A stretch of 64,000 nt of DNA from positions 236,716,001 through 236,780,000 of the forward strand of contig OZ024743.1 in the NCBI GenBank assembly GCA_964016885.1. Direction: 5' to 3'. This stretch comes from Eledone cirrhosa. Taxonomy: Eukaryota. This document shows, in pieces, positions 13,701-26,189 of the stretch. Within the stretch, counting starts at the first letter, position 1; every line of letters starts with the position of its first letter. The notes below the pieces were generated by a model. That model was not told where the DNA came from. It worked only from the letters and a program-made list of their open reading frames with translations, and searched no databases. The position numbers and the translations under genes were made by a program.

Positions 13701-16700
13701 CTGGCTGTCGAGCTACACATAGCTAAACATGAGACTGTGGCTGTCTCTGGCTGTCGAGCTAGACATAGATAAACATGACACTGATGCTGTCTGTTGCTCT
13801 CGTGGTAGACATAGCTAAACATGAGACTGTGACAGTCTCTGTTTGTCGAGATAGACATAGCTAAACGTGAAACTGTGGCTTTTCTTGCTCTCGAGGTAGA
13901 CAGAGCTAAACATGAGCCTGTCCCTCTCTCTTGCTGTCGAGGTAGACATAGCTAAACATGACACTGTGGCTGTCTCTAGCTGTCTAGGTAAACATAGCTA
14001 AACATCAGACTGTGGCTGTCTCTGGCTGTCGAGGTAGACATAGTTAAACCTGAGACTGTCCCTGTCTCTGCTGTCGAGGTAGACATAGCTAAACACGACA
14101 CTGGGGCTGTCTCTGGTTGTCGAGGGAGACATCGCTAAACATGACACTGTGGCTGTCTATGGCTGTCGAGGTAGACATAGTTAAATATGAGACTGTGGCA
14201 CACTTGCTGTCGTCGTAGACATAGCTTAAGATGAGACTGTGGCTGTCTCTGGCTGTCGAGGTAGACATAGTTAAATATGAGACTGTGGCTCTCTTGCTGT
14301 CGTCGTAGACATAGCTTAACATGAGACTGTGGCTGTCTCTGGCTGTCGAGGTAGACATAGTTAAATATGAGACTGTGGCTCTCTTGCTGTCGTCGTAGAC
14401 ATAGCTTAACATGAGACTGTGGCTGTCTTTGGCTCTTGAAGTAAACCTAGCTAAGCATTACACTGTGGCTGTCTCTGGCTGCCGAGATAGACGTAGGTAA
14501 ACATGTGACTGTGGCTGTCTATTGCTGTCGGGGTAGACATAGCTAAACATGACACTGTGGATGTCTCTAGCTGCCGAGGTAAACATAGCTAAACATGAGA
14601 TTGCGGCTGTCTCTGCCTGTCGAGGTATACATAGCTAAACATAACACTGTGGCTGTCTTTTACTGTCGAGGTAAACATAGCTAATCATGAGACTGTTGCT
14701 GTCTCTTGCTGTCGAGGTAGATATAGATACACCTGACACTGTGGCTGTCTCTGGGTGTCGAAATAGACATAGCTAAACATGACACTGTGGCTGTCTCTAG
14801 TTGTTGAGGTAGACATAGCTAAACATGAGCCTGTCCCTCTCTCTTGTTGTCGAGGTAGACATAGCTAAACATGACACTGTGGCTGTCTCTTGCTGTTGAG
14901 GTAGACATAGCTAAACATGACACTGTGTCTGTCTCTGGCTGTCAGGGTAGACATAGCTAAACATGACACTGTGGCTGTCTCTTGCTGTCGAGGTAGACAT
15001 AGCTAAACATGAAACTGTGGCTGTCTATTGCTGTTGTGGTAGACATAGCTAAACCTGAGACTGTCCCTGTCTGTTGCTGTTGAGGTAGACATTGCTAAAC
15101 ATGACACTGTCGCTGTCTCTGGCTGTCGAGGTAGACATAGCTAAACATGATACTGTGGATGTCTATTGCTGTCGGGGTAGACATAGCTAAACATGACACT
15201 GTGGATGTCTTTAGCTGCCGAGGTAAACATAGCTAAACATGAGATTGCGGCTGTCTCTGGCTGTCTAGGTAGACATAGCTAAACTTGACACTGATGCTGT
15301 CTCTGGCTGTCGTGGTAGACATCGCTAAACATGAGACTGTGGATTTCTCTGACTGTCGACGTTTACATAGCTAAACTTGACACTGTTTCTGTTTCTTGCT
15401 GTCGAGGTAGACATAACTGAACATTACACTGTGGCTGTCTCTAATTGTCGAGGTAGACATCGCTAAACATGACACTGTGGCTCTCTGTTGTCGTGTTAGG
15501 AATAGATAAACATGACACTGTCGCTGTCTCTTGCTGTCGAGTTAGACATAGCTAAACATGTCACTGGCTGTCTCTGGCTGTCGAGCTACACATAGCTAAA
15601 CATGACACTGTGGCTGTCTCTTGCTGTCGAGTTAAACATAGCTAAACATGACACTGTGGCTGTCGCTAGATGTCGAGGTAAACGTAGCTAAACATGAGAC
15701 TGTGGCTGTCTCTTGTTGTCGAGGTAGACATAGATAAACCTGACACTGTGGCTGTCATTGGCTCTCGAGGTAGACATGGCTAAACATGGGACTGTGGCTC
15801 TCTATGGCTGTCGAGGTAGACATAGCTAATCATGAGACTGTGGCTGTTTCTGGCTGTCGAGGTAAAGATAGCTAAACATGACACTGTGGCTGTCTCTTGC
15901 TGTCGAGGTAGACATAGCTAAACATGACACTGTGGCTGTCTCTGGCTGTCGAGCTAGACATAGATAAACATGACACTGATGCTGTCTCTTGCTCTCGTGG
16001 TTGACATAGCTAAACATGAGACTGTGACATTCTCTGTTTGTCGAGATAGACATAGCTAAACGTGAAACTGTGGCTTTTCTTGCTGTCGAGGTAGACAGAG
16101 CTAAACATGAGCCTGTCCCTCTCTCTTGCTGTCGAGGTAGACATAGCTAAACATGACACTGTGGCTGTCTCTAGCTGTCTAGGTAAACATAGCTAAACAT
16201 CAGACTGTGGCTGTCTCTGGCTGTCGAGGTAGACATAGTTAAACCTGAGACTGTCCCTGTCTCTGCTGTCGAGGTAGACATAGCTAAACACGACACTGGG
16301 GCTGTCTCTGGTTGTCGAGGGAGACATAGCTTAACATGAGACTGTGGCTGTCTTTGGCTCTTGAAGTAAACCTAGCTAAGCATTACACTGTGGCTGTCTC
16401 TGGCTGCCGAGATAGACGTAGGTAAACATGAGACTGTGGCTGTCTATTGCTGTCGGGGTAGACATAGCTAAACATGACACTGTGGATGTCTCTAGCTGCC
16501 GAGGTAAACATAGCTAAACATGAGATTGCGGCTGTCTCTGCCTGTCGAGGTATACATAGCTAAACATGACACTGTGGCTGTCTTTTACTGTCGAGGTAAA
16601 CATAGCTAATCATGAGGCTGTTGCAGTCTCTTGCTGTCGAGGTAGATATAGATAAACCTGACGCTGTGGCTGTCTCTGGGTGTCGAAGTAGACATAGCTA

Positions 16701-19700
16701 AACATGACACTGTGGCTGTCTCTAGTTGTTGAGGTAGACATAGCTAAACATGAGCCTGTCCCTCTCTCTTGTTGTCGAGGTAGACATAGCTAAACATGAC
16801 ACTGTGGCTGTCTCTTGCTGTTGAGGTAGACATAGCTAAACATGACACTGTGTCTGTCTCTGGCTGTCAGGGTAGACATAGCTAAACATGACACTGTGGC
16901 TGTCTCTTGCTGTCGAGGTAGACATAGCTAAACATGACACTGTGGCTGTCTATTGCTGTTGTGGTAGACATAGCTAAACCTGAGACTGTCCCTGTCTGTT
17001 GCTGTTGAGGTAGACATTGCTAAACATGACACTGTCGCTGTCTCTGGCTGTCGAGGTAGACATAGCTAAACATGATACTGTGGATGTCTATTGCTGTCGG
17101 GGTAGACATAGCTAAACATGACACTGTGGATGTCTTTAGCTGCCGAGGTAAACATAGCTAAACATGAGATTGCGGCTGTCTCTGGCTGTCTAGGTAGACA
17201 TAGCTAAACTTGACACTGTTTCTGTTTCTTGCTGTCGAGGTAGACATAACTGAACATGACACTGTGGCTGTCTCTAATTGTCGAGGTAGACATCGCTAAA
17301 CATGACACTGTGGCTCTCTGCTGTCGTGTTAGGAATAGATAAACATGACACTGTCGCTGTCTCTTGCTGTCGAGTTAGACATAGCTAAACATGTCACTGG
17401 CTGTCTCTGGCTGTCGAGCTACACATAGCTAAACATGACACTGTGGCTGTCTCTTGCTGTCGAGGTAGACATAGCTAAACATGACACTGTGGCTGTCTCT
17501 GGCTGTCGAGCTACACATAGCTAAACATGAGACTGTGGCTGTCTCTTGTTGTCGAGGTAGACATAGATAAACCTGACACTGTGGCTGTCATTGGCTCTCG
17601 AGGTAGACATAGCTAAACATGGGACTGTGGCTCTCTATGGCTGTCGAGGTAGACATAGCTAATCATGAGACTGTGGCTGTTTCTGGCTGTCGAGGTAAAG
17701 ATAGCTAAACATGACACTGTGGCTGTCTCTTGTTGTCGAGGTAGACATAGCTAAACATGACACTGTGGCTGTCTCTGGCTGTCGAGCTACACATAGCAAA
17801 ACATGAGACTCTGGCTGTCTCTGGCTGTCGAGCTAGACATAGATAAACATGACACTGATGCTGTCTGTTGCTCTCGTGGTAGACATAGCTAAACATGAGA
17901 CTGTGACAGTCTCTGTTTGTCGAGATAGACATAGCTAAACGTGAAACTGTGGCTTTTCTTGCTCTCGAGGTAGACAGAGCTAAACATGAGCCTGTCCCTC
18001 TCTCTTGCTGTCGAGGTAGACATAGCTAAACATGATACTGTGGCTGTCTCTAGCTGTCTAGGTAAACATAGCTAAACATCAGACTGTGGCTGTCTCTGGC
18101 TGTCGAGGTAGACATAGTTAAACCTGAGACTGTCCCTGTCTCTGCTGTCGAGGTAGACATAGCTAAACACGACACTGGGGCTGTCTCTGGTTGTCGAGGG
18201 AGACATCGCTAAACATGACACTGTGGCTGTCTATGGCTGTCGAGGTAGACATAGTTAAATATGAGACTGTGGCACTCTTGCTGTCGTCGTAGACATAGCT
18301 TAACATGAGACTGTGGCTGTCTTTGGCTCTTGAAGTAAACCTAGCTAAGCATTACACTGTGGCTGTCTCTGGCTGCCGAGATAGACGTAGGTAAACATGA
18401 GACTGTGGCTGTCTATTGCTGTCGGGGTAGACATAGCTAAACATGACACTGTGGATGTCTCTAGCTGCCGAGGTAAACATAGCTAAACATGAGATTGCGG
18501 CTGTCTCTGCCTGTCGAGGTATACATAGCTAAACATGACACTGTGGCTGTCTTTTACTGTCAAGGTAAACATAGCTAAACATGAGACTGTTGCTGTCTCT
18601 TGCTGTCGAGGTAGATATAGATAAACCTGACACTGTGGCTGTCTCTGGGTGTCGAAGTAGACATAGCTAAACATGACACTGTGGCTGTCTCTAGTTGTTG
18701 AGGTAGACATAGCTAAACATGAGCCTGTCCCTCTCTCTTGTTGTCGAGGTAGACATAGCTAAACATGACACTGTGGCTGTCTCTTGCTGTTGACGTAGAC
18801 ATAGCTAAACATGACACTGTGTCTGTCTCTGGCTGTCAGGGTAGACATAGCTAAACATGACACTGTGGCTGTCTCTTGCTGTCGAGGTAGACATAGCTAA
18901 ACATGACACTGTGGCTGTCTATTGCTGTTGTGGTAGACATAGCTAAACCTGAGACTGTCCCTGTCTGTTGCTGTTGAGGTAGACATTGCTAAACATGCCA
19001 CTGTCGCTGTCTCTGGCTGTCGAGGTAGACATAGCTAAACATGATACTGTGGATGTCTCTGGCACTCGAGGTAGACATAGCTAAACATGAGACTGTGGCT
19101 CTCTATGGCTGTCGAGGTAGACATAGCTAATCATGAGACTGTGGCTGTCTCTGGCTGTCGAGGTAAACATAGCTAAACATGAGACTGTGGCTGTCTCTTG
19201 CTGTTGAGGTAGACATAGCTAAACATGACACTGATGCTGCCTCTTGCTCTCGTGGTAGACATAGCTAAACATGAGACTGTGGCTGTCTCTTGCTGTTGAG
19301 GTAGACATAGCTAAACATGACACTGTGGCTGTCTCTGGCTGTCAAGGTAGACATAGCTGAACATGACACTGTGGCTGTCTCTTGCTGTCGTGGAAGACAT
19401 AGCTAAACATGACACTGTGCCCATCTCTAGTTGTCGAGGTAGACATAGCTAAATATGCGACTCTCCCTGTCTCTTGCTGTCGAGGTAGACATCGCTAACC
19501 ACGACACTGGGTCTGTCTCTAGATGTCAAGGTAGACATATCAAAACATGAAACTGTGGCTGTCTCTGGCTGTCGAGGTAGACATAGCTAAACATAAGACT
19601 GTCCCTCTCTCTTGCTGTCGAGGTAGACATAGCTAAACATGACACTGTGTCTGCCTCTGGTTGTCGAGGTAGACATAGCTACACATGACACTGTGGCTAT

Positions 19701-21070
19701 CTCTGGATGTCGTGGTAAACATAGCTAAACATGACACTGTGGCTGTCTCTTGCACTCGAGGTATACATAGCTATACATGACACTGTGGCTGTCTCTGGAT
19801 GTCGTGGGAAACATATCTAAACGTGAGACTGTGGCTGTCTCTTGCTCTCGAGGTAGACATAGCTAAACATGACACTGTGGCTATCTCTGCCTGTTGAGCT
19901 ACACATAGCTAAACATGAGACTGTGGCTGTCTCTGGCTGTCGAGCTAGACATAGATAAACATGACACTGATGTTGTCTCTTGCTCTTGTGGTAGACATAG
20001 CTAAACATGAGAGTGTGACAGTCTCTGTTTGTCGATGTAGACATAGCTAAACGTGACACTGTGGCTTCTCTTGCTTTCGAGGTAGTCATAGCTAAACTTG
20101 ACACTGTGGCTGTCTCTGGCTGTCGAGGTAGACATAGATAAACATGATACTGTGGCTGTCTCTGGCTGTCGAGGTATACATAGCTAAACATGAGACTGTG
20201 TCTGTCTCTAGTTGCCGGGGTATACATAGCTAAACATGAGGCTGTGGCTGTCTCTGGCTGTCGAGGTAGACATAGCTAAACATGACACTGTGTCTGTCTC
20301 TAGTTGCCGGGGTATACATAGCTAAACATGACACTGTGTCTGTCTCTAGTTGCCGGGGCATACATAGCTTAACATGAGGCTGTGGCTGTCTCTGGCTGTC
20401 GAGGTAGACATAGCTAAACATGACACTGTGGCTGTCCCTGGCTCTCGAGGTATACATAGCTTAACATGACACTGTGGCTGTCTCTAGTTGCCGTGGTAGA
20501 CATAGCTAAACATGAGGCTGTGGCTGTCTCTGGCTCTCGAGGTATACATAGCTTAACATGACACTGTGGCTGTCTCTAGTTGCCGTGGTAGACATAGCTA
20601 AACATGACACTGTGGCTGTCTCTGGCTGTCGAAGTAGACATAGCTAAACATGGCACTGTGGCTGTCTCTTGCTGTCGAGGTAGACATATCTAAACATGAG
20701 ACTGTGGCTGTCTTTTGCTGTCGAGTTAGACATAGCTAAACATGAGACTGTGGCTGTCTTTTGCTGTCGTGGTAGACATAGCTAAACATGACACTTTGGC
20801 TGTCTCTTGCTGTCGAGGTAGACATAGCAAAACATGACACTGTGGCTGTCTCTAGCTGCCATGGTAAACATAGCTAAACATGAGACTGTGGCTGTCTCTG
20901 GCTGTCGAAGTAGACATAGCTAAACATGGCACTGTGGCTGTCTCTTGCTGTCGTGGTAGACATAGCTAAACATGAGACTGTCCCTGTCTCTTGCTCTCGA
21001 GGTAGACATAGCTAAACATGATGTAATGACATAGCTAGACATGAAACACCGTGGCTGTTTCTGGCTGTCA
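4765..21070 (-). repeat. 46-bp satellite array, inverted arm (~16.3 kb) with higher-order structure
   Basis: Reverse complement of the same monomer (TGAGACTGTGGCTGTCTCTTGCTGTCGAGGTAGACATAGCTAAACA); degenerates at ~21020-21070. Confidence 0.97.
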
Positions 21071-21232
21071 GAAAATTATATACAGAAAGCTGATATTTCT
21101 GCCACGTCAGAAAGTTTTGAGGCGAAAGCATTTACGTTGTTGAAATTCAATATTATCCGTGTCATGAATTCTATTATTGTGCTGTCTCTTATATTGTAAA
21201 CCTATTAACTCCGCCTGAGAAATGTACACACA

Positions 21233-21408
21233 GGTTTAGCCAAATGGTTAAGGGGCTTGTTTTACAATCTATATATATATCCCTTTACGGTCTGAGTTCA
21301 AATCCTATCGAGGTTAACTTTGCCTCATATCCTTACGGGGTCGATAAAATAAAGTACCAGTAATGCACTGGTTAATTGCTAGCCTTGTCCCAAAAGTAAA
21401 AACAATTA
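21233..21408 (+). mobile_element. tRNA-derived SINE
   Basis: A-box-like TAGCCAAATGG (21237), B-box GTTCAAATC (21296), body GTTAACTTTGCC...GGGGTCGATAAAATAAAGTACCAGT; two further copies in the window. Confidence 0.75.
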
Positions 21409-21498
21409 TATATATATATATGTATATATATAAATAACATTATATATAATGTTATTTATATATATACATATATATATATATAATTGTTTTTACTTTTG
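21391..21498. repeat. perfect 108-bp AT-rich palindrome
   Basis: CAAAAGTAAAAACAATTA...AACAT-TATATATA-ATGTT...TAATTGTTTTTACTTTTG, centre 21444/21445, no spacer. Confidence 0.92.
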
Positions 21499-21764
21499 AT
21501 CTCGGGAATTTTACCCGCCTTAGATAGAGATTATATATATATATATATATATTTCGTTTCTGAATTTGTTTAGCAAGATTCTTTATCTGAAAACGTGTGT
21601 TGAAACCGATATTGTTATACTTTGGGAGGGTCATGTTGCCAATAAGAAACACACGCACCAGCTATTTCACTTCAATTTATTATAATAATTTATAAATTTA
21701 GGAATTTATAAATTTCTGGTTGGTTGGTTGGTTGGTTCCACAACCAGATGGTTGTTTATATATT

Positions 21765-21807
21765 ATCAAAGTTCTTTCGTCACACATTCTTTGACCTCTT
21801 CAGTGAC
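21765..21807 (-). ncRNA. minimal type-I hammerhead ribozyme-like motif (Penelope-like element type)
   Basis: Minus strand GTCA-CTGAAGA-G-GTCA...TGAC-GAAA-GAAC-TT-TGAT: core motifs, 4-bp stem II, 4-bp stem I, tiny stem III. Confidence 0.5.
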
Positions 21808-21987
21808 TGGGGATTCTTTTCTTTTTTTGTTTTTGTGCCTCTCCTTTGTTCTGTCCTACGCCATCTTGTTTCCTGTGTGTGTGTTGTGTGCTCAGTCTGC
21901 GCATGCGCCACATCCGTGTGTCTGTGTGTGTTTATACCATTACATATATACATCAATAACATTATATATATATACTATATATATATA

Positions 21988-22023
<36 letters not shown>

Positions 22024-22050
22024 AATAACACTACATATATATATATATAA

Positions 22051-22182
22051 ATAATTGTTTCTACTTTTGGCACAAGGCCAGCAATTATCCTAGTGTATTA
22101 CGGGTACTTTATTTTATCGACTCCCGTAAGGATGAAAGGTAAAGTTAACCTCGGCGGTATTTGAACTCAGACCGTAAAGGGA
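22051..22182 (-). mobile_element. SINE copy (5'-truncated), inverted relative to 21281-21408
   Basis: Reverse complement CCCTTTACGGTCTGAGTTCAAATACCGCCGAGGTTAACTTTACC...CAAAAGTAGAAACAATTAT aligns with 21281-21408. Confidence 0.8.
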
Positions 22183-22195
22183 CTTAACTATGCTG

Positions 22196-22298
22196 GAACA
22201 ATAGCTGCGCAGAATATATAGTATATAGAACATTAGCTGCGTAGAATAGATAGTATATAGAACATTAGCTGTGTAGAATATATAGTATATAGAACATT
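22196..22298. repeat. 32-bp tandem repeat x3
   Basis: GAACATTAGCTGCGTAGAATATATAGTATATA units; copies at 22228 and 22260. Confidence 0.85.
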
Positions 22299-23530
22299 AC
22301 TCCCACCCCACTACCACTACCACCCCTTCTCCCACCCCACGACCACTACCACCCTCACTCCCACCCCACTACCACAACCACCCCTACTCCCACCCTACTA
22401 CCACTACCACCCTCACTCCCACCCCACTACCACAACCACCCCTACTACCACTACCACCCCTACTCCCACCCTACTACCACTACCACCCCTACTCCCACCC
22501 CACTACCACTACCACCTCTACTCCCACTCCCACTCCCACTCCCACTCCCACTACGACCCCTACTCCCACTACACTACCACAACCACCCCTACTCCCAGCC
22601 CACTACCACTCACACTACCACCCCTACTCCCACACCGCTACCACCCCTACTCCCACTACACTACCACTACCACCCCTACTCCAACCCCACTACCACTACC
22701 ACCCCTACTCTCACTCCCACTACCACTACCACCCCTACTCCCACTACCACCATACTCCCACTACACTACCATTACCACCCCTACTCCCACTACCACTACC
22801 ACCCCTACTCCCACCCCACTACCACTACCACCCCTACTCCCACTACCACTACCACCCCTACTCCCACTACCACTACCACCCCTACTCCCACACCGCTACA
22901 ACCCCTACTCCCACCCACATACAACCCCTACTCCCACTACACTACCACTACCACCCCTACTCCCACCCCACTACCACTACCACCCCTACTCCCACTACCA
23001 CTACTACCCCTACTCCCACTACACTACCACCCCTACTCCCATTACCACTACTACCCCTACTCCCACTACACTACCACCCCTACTCCCACTACCACTACGA
23101 CCCCTACTCCCACCCCACTACCACTACCACCCCTACTCCCACTACACTACCATTACCACCCCTACTCCCACTACCACTACCACTCCTACTCCCACACCGC
23201 TACCACCCCTACTCCCACCCACACTACCACCCCTACTCCCACTACCACTACCACCCCTACTCCCACTACACTACCACTACCACCCCTACTCCCACCTCAC
23301 TACCACTACCACCCCTACTCCCACTACACTACCACTACCACCCTACTCCCACTACACTACCACTACCACCATACTCCCACTACACTACCATTACCACCCC
23401 TACTCCCACTACCACTACCACCCCTACTTCCACCCCACTACCACTACCACCCTACTCCCACCCCACTACCACCCCTACACAACCCCACTACCTCTACCCC
23501 CCTCACCACCTCTCTCCCCCCATCCCCCAT
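22298..23530. repeat. C/A-rich minisatellite (CTACCACCCCTACTCCCACTACCA-like)
   Basis: ~1.2 kb built from CCACTA, CCCCTA and CTCCCA hexamers; almost no G on the + strand. Confidence 0.92.
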
Positions 23531-23546
23531 CTCTCTCTCTCACTCT

Positions 23547-23595
<49 letters not shown>

Positions 23596-23743
23596 GTAAT
23601 AATAATAAATTTGAAGACTAAAATCTAAAGAGGGCTCGATAAGGATAAATATATATCAAATATATAAGAACCGTAGAGCAAATATTTTCAGAAGATTCCG
23701 TTAAGGGTGAAAGCAACGATTCTTTGCTTAAACTTGAATCTGT

Positions 23744-23851
<108 letters not shown>

Positions 23852-23975
23852 CTGGTGTTGGATGCTTAAAGCGTCCGTATGCGGTAGGCCGTTTGAGCAC
23901 TCGATGCTCTCATAGAGCAGAGTATGATATCACAGAAAAAAAGAGAATCAGTGTTCCGACGAATGGAATTTATTG

Positions 23976-24071
23976 GGCATATTACGATCGTTTCTCTGGC
24001 GACCAACTCTAGGCACGATCGATGTGATGATTGAACCTGACTCTGAAAATCGCAAGGTCATCAGATACGTC
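23976..24071 (-). ncRNA. type-I hammerhead ribozyme motif (left-arm copy)
   Basis: Minus strand GACGTAT-CTGATGA-long stem II-GAAA-CGATCG-TA-ATATGCC. Confidence 0.65.
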
Positions 24072-24116
24072 TTGATTTTTCGAAGCAGATTAGGAAAATC
24101 TGCTTCGTAAAATCAA

Positions 24117-24212
24117 GACGTATCTGAGGACCTTGCAATTTTCAGAGTCAGGTTCAATCATCACATCGATCGTGCCTAGAGTTGGTCGCCAGAGAAACGA
24201 TCGTAATATGTC
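24117..24212 (+). ncRNA. type-I hammerhead ribozyme motif (right-arm copy)
   Basis: Stem I GACGTAT/ATATGTC (7 bp), core CTGAGGA (24124) and GAAA (24194), palindromic stem III ACGATCGT, GUA cleavage triplet. Confidence 0.7.
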
Positions 24213-24255
24213 CAATAAATTCCATTCGTCGGAACACTGATTCTCTTTTTTTCTG

Positions 24256-24340
<85 letters not shown>

Positions 24341-24495
24341 GAAACACACAGATACATGCGGACACACACATATACATGAATGCATCCACACCCAACCGTG
24401 AGTTAAGGGTGCCAACTTCACCGATGTTGCTCAATGAATGACTGGGACAGACCAATAGTGTTGAACTAGACTGAACCAGTATCAGAGTTAAAAAT

Positions 24496-24817
24496 ACATT
24501 ATGAAGAGAGAAGAAACATTTAGATATAATTAGTAATAAAATGTATCATACCTAAACTGCTCCTAGATTCCTCGACTACGTAGTTTCGTGGCATAAACAA
24601 AAACAATACATCATAAAGATATAGAGTCCCTGCGAGGTCTAGTAAAATGAGGTATCCTCTTGATAAGTCGGCAGACCTCGCAGGGACTATATATCTTTAT
24701 GAGGTATTGTTTTTGTTTATGCCACGAAACTACGTAGTCGAGGAATCTAGGAGCAGTTTAGGTATGATACATTTTATTACTAATTATATCTAAATGTTTC
24801 TTCTCTCTTCATAATGT
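24496..24817. repeat. 145-bp inverted repeat with 32-nt spacer
   Basis: Arms 24496-24640 and 24673-24817; 2 mismatches counted by eye. Confidence 0.95.
24655..24744 (+). ncRNA. type-I hammerhead ribozyme motif with U3-A8 core variant
   Basis: Stem I TCCTC/GAGGA, core TTGATAA (24660) and GAAA (24726), stem II GT-c-GGCA...TGCC-AC with inner ACCTC/GAGGT, palindromic stem III ACTACGTAGT, GUC triplet. Confidence 0.65.
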
Positions 24818-25447
24818 GTGTATATATATATATATATATATATCGGCGTTCAACAAACGAACAAACAAAAGATTAACTACGGAAATTAAAATGTCTTCTG
24901 AAACAAGAATATATATATATTCACACACACACATATACATACATATACATACACACACATACACACATACACACATACACACATACACACACACATACAC
25001 ACATACACATACACAATTACACAAATACACACACATAGACACACACATACATACACACATACACATACACACACATACACACACTGACACACACACACAT
25101 ATACACACTCACACACATTCACACATACACACACTCACACACATACACACACATTCATGTTATATCTATATTCCCCAAGGTTAGTGACCGTTAATAGAGA
25201 GAAGTGTTAATGTGATGTGTCGTCTGCCATATCATAAATCTATTAACTCAGACTCTTGTTGGTCTATTCCAGTCAGTCTATTCTCTTCTTATTATTGTAG
25301 AATAGATTTTATAGAGGAGGTTATTTGTATAAAAGTATTGTCTGTGCAAGAGATGTCAACATGAATGGACCTATTATTTTTATCTAAAGACATTTTTTTC
25401 CAATTCCATCCCACCCGTCCCCTTAATCTATTTCATTTCTCATTCTA

Positions 25448-25483
25448 TCTTCTGATGAAGGACTAGTGTCTGAAACGTTAAGA
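25448..25483 (+). ncRNA. minimal type-I hammerhead ribozyme motif (Penelope-like element type)
   Basis: TCTT-CTGATGA-A-GGAC-TAGT-GTCT-GAAA-CG-TT-AAGA; palindromic ACGT in stem III; (TA)n follows ~95 nt later. Confidence 0.65.
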
Positions 25484-25574
25484 CCCTCTTCCTGCTATAT
25501 CAAGCGTTAACCTAATATATACCTTCCATTTACTGTACCGATTGTGTGGTTATTTCTGTTTACCTTTTACATAC

Positions 25575-25667
<93 letters not shown>

Positions 25668-25696
25668 TATTCACATAAACAAATATATATATGCAG

Positions 25697-25759
<63 letters not shown>

Positions 25760-26079
25760 TAATACAAACAAACTCAGATATATGTGTAAGTCGCCATTTT
25801 ACAACAGAAATGAAGTGAATTGTTGGTGATTTTCCCCCAGTATATTTTTAAACAGCTGCCGAGTTATCTTTTCAAATTTGTTAATTCTAAAGAAAAAATC
25901 ATTGAAGATGGAAAGAATTACACTTGAGACGAATAAGTAAAAGATTAGAATTGTCTAATAAGATTTGCAACCATTTAAACTATGTCTCCGAGCGACAAAT
26001 TATTCAAACTTGAAATATTTTGTTTAAAGAACTCTGGCAACCGCATGGAATATATTACAAATTATATAAAAATGGTTTC

Positions 26080-26185
26080 TAATTTAGACACCAATGTTCA
26101 GGGAGAGGAAAGCCAATTAATTCTGATCTAGTATTGACTGATACTTTATTTTATCGACTCAGGAAATATGAAAGGTAAAGTTGAC
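26080..26185 (-). mobile_element. degenerate SINE copy
   Basis: TACTTTATTTTATCGACTC...ATGAAAGGTAAAGTTGAC matches the 22051-22182 copy. Confidence 0.65.
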
Positions 26186-26189
26186 ATAG

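Larger units (their letters stand above)
23932..24256. repeat. 160-bp inverted repeat with 5-nt spacer
   Basis: Arms 23932-24091 and 24097-24256; 4 mismatches counted by eye. Confidence 0.95.

Noticed and set aside
577-21070. CRISPR-like periodicity and many ORFs (MFSYVYLDS...) in the 46-bp array
   Set aside because: There are no unique spacers; it is a continuous satellite in a eukaryotic context. The ORFs are translations of the repeat.
21237-21246. TAGCCAAATG, identical to the 28S sequence just 3' of the R2 site
   Set aside because: It is the SINE A-box; there is no other rDNA or R2 sequence around it.
22298-23530. Interstitial telomere
   Set aside because: No TTAGGG/CCCTAA units; it is a mixed-hexamer minisatellite.
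23624-23692. Possible further hammerhead (CTAAAGAG-GGCTC...GAGC-AAATATT)
   Set aside because: Both core motifs are defective and stem I is not convincing.
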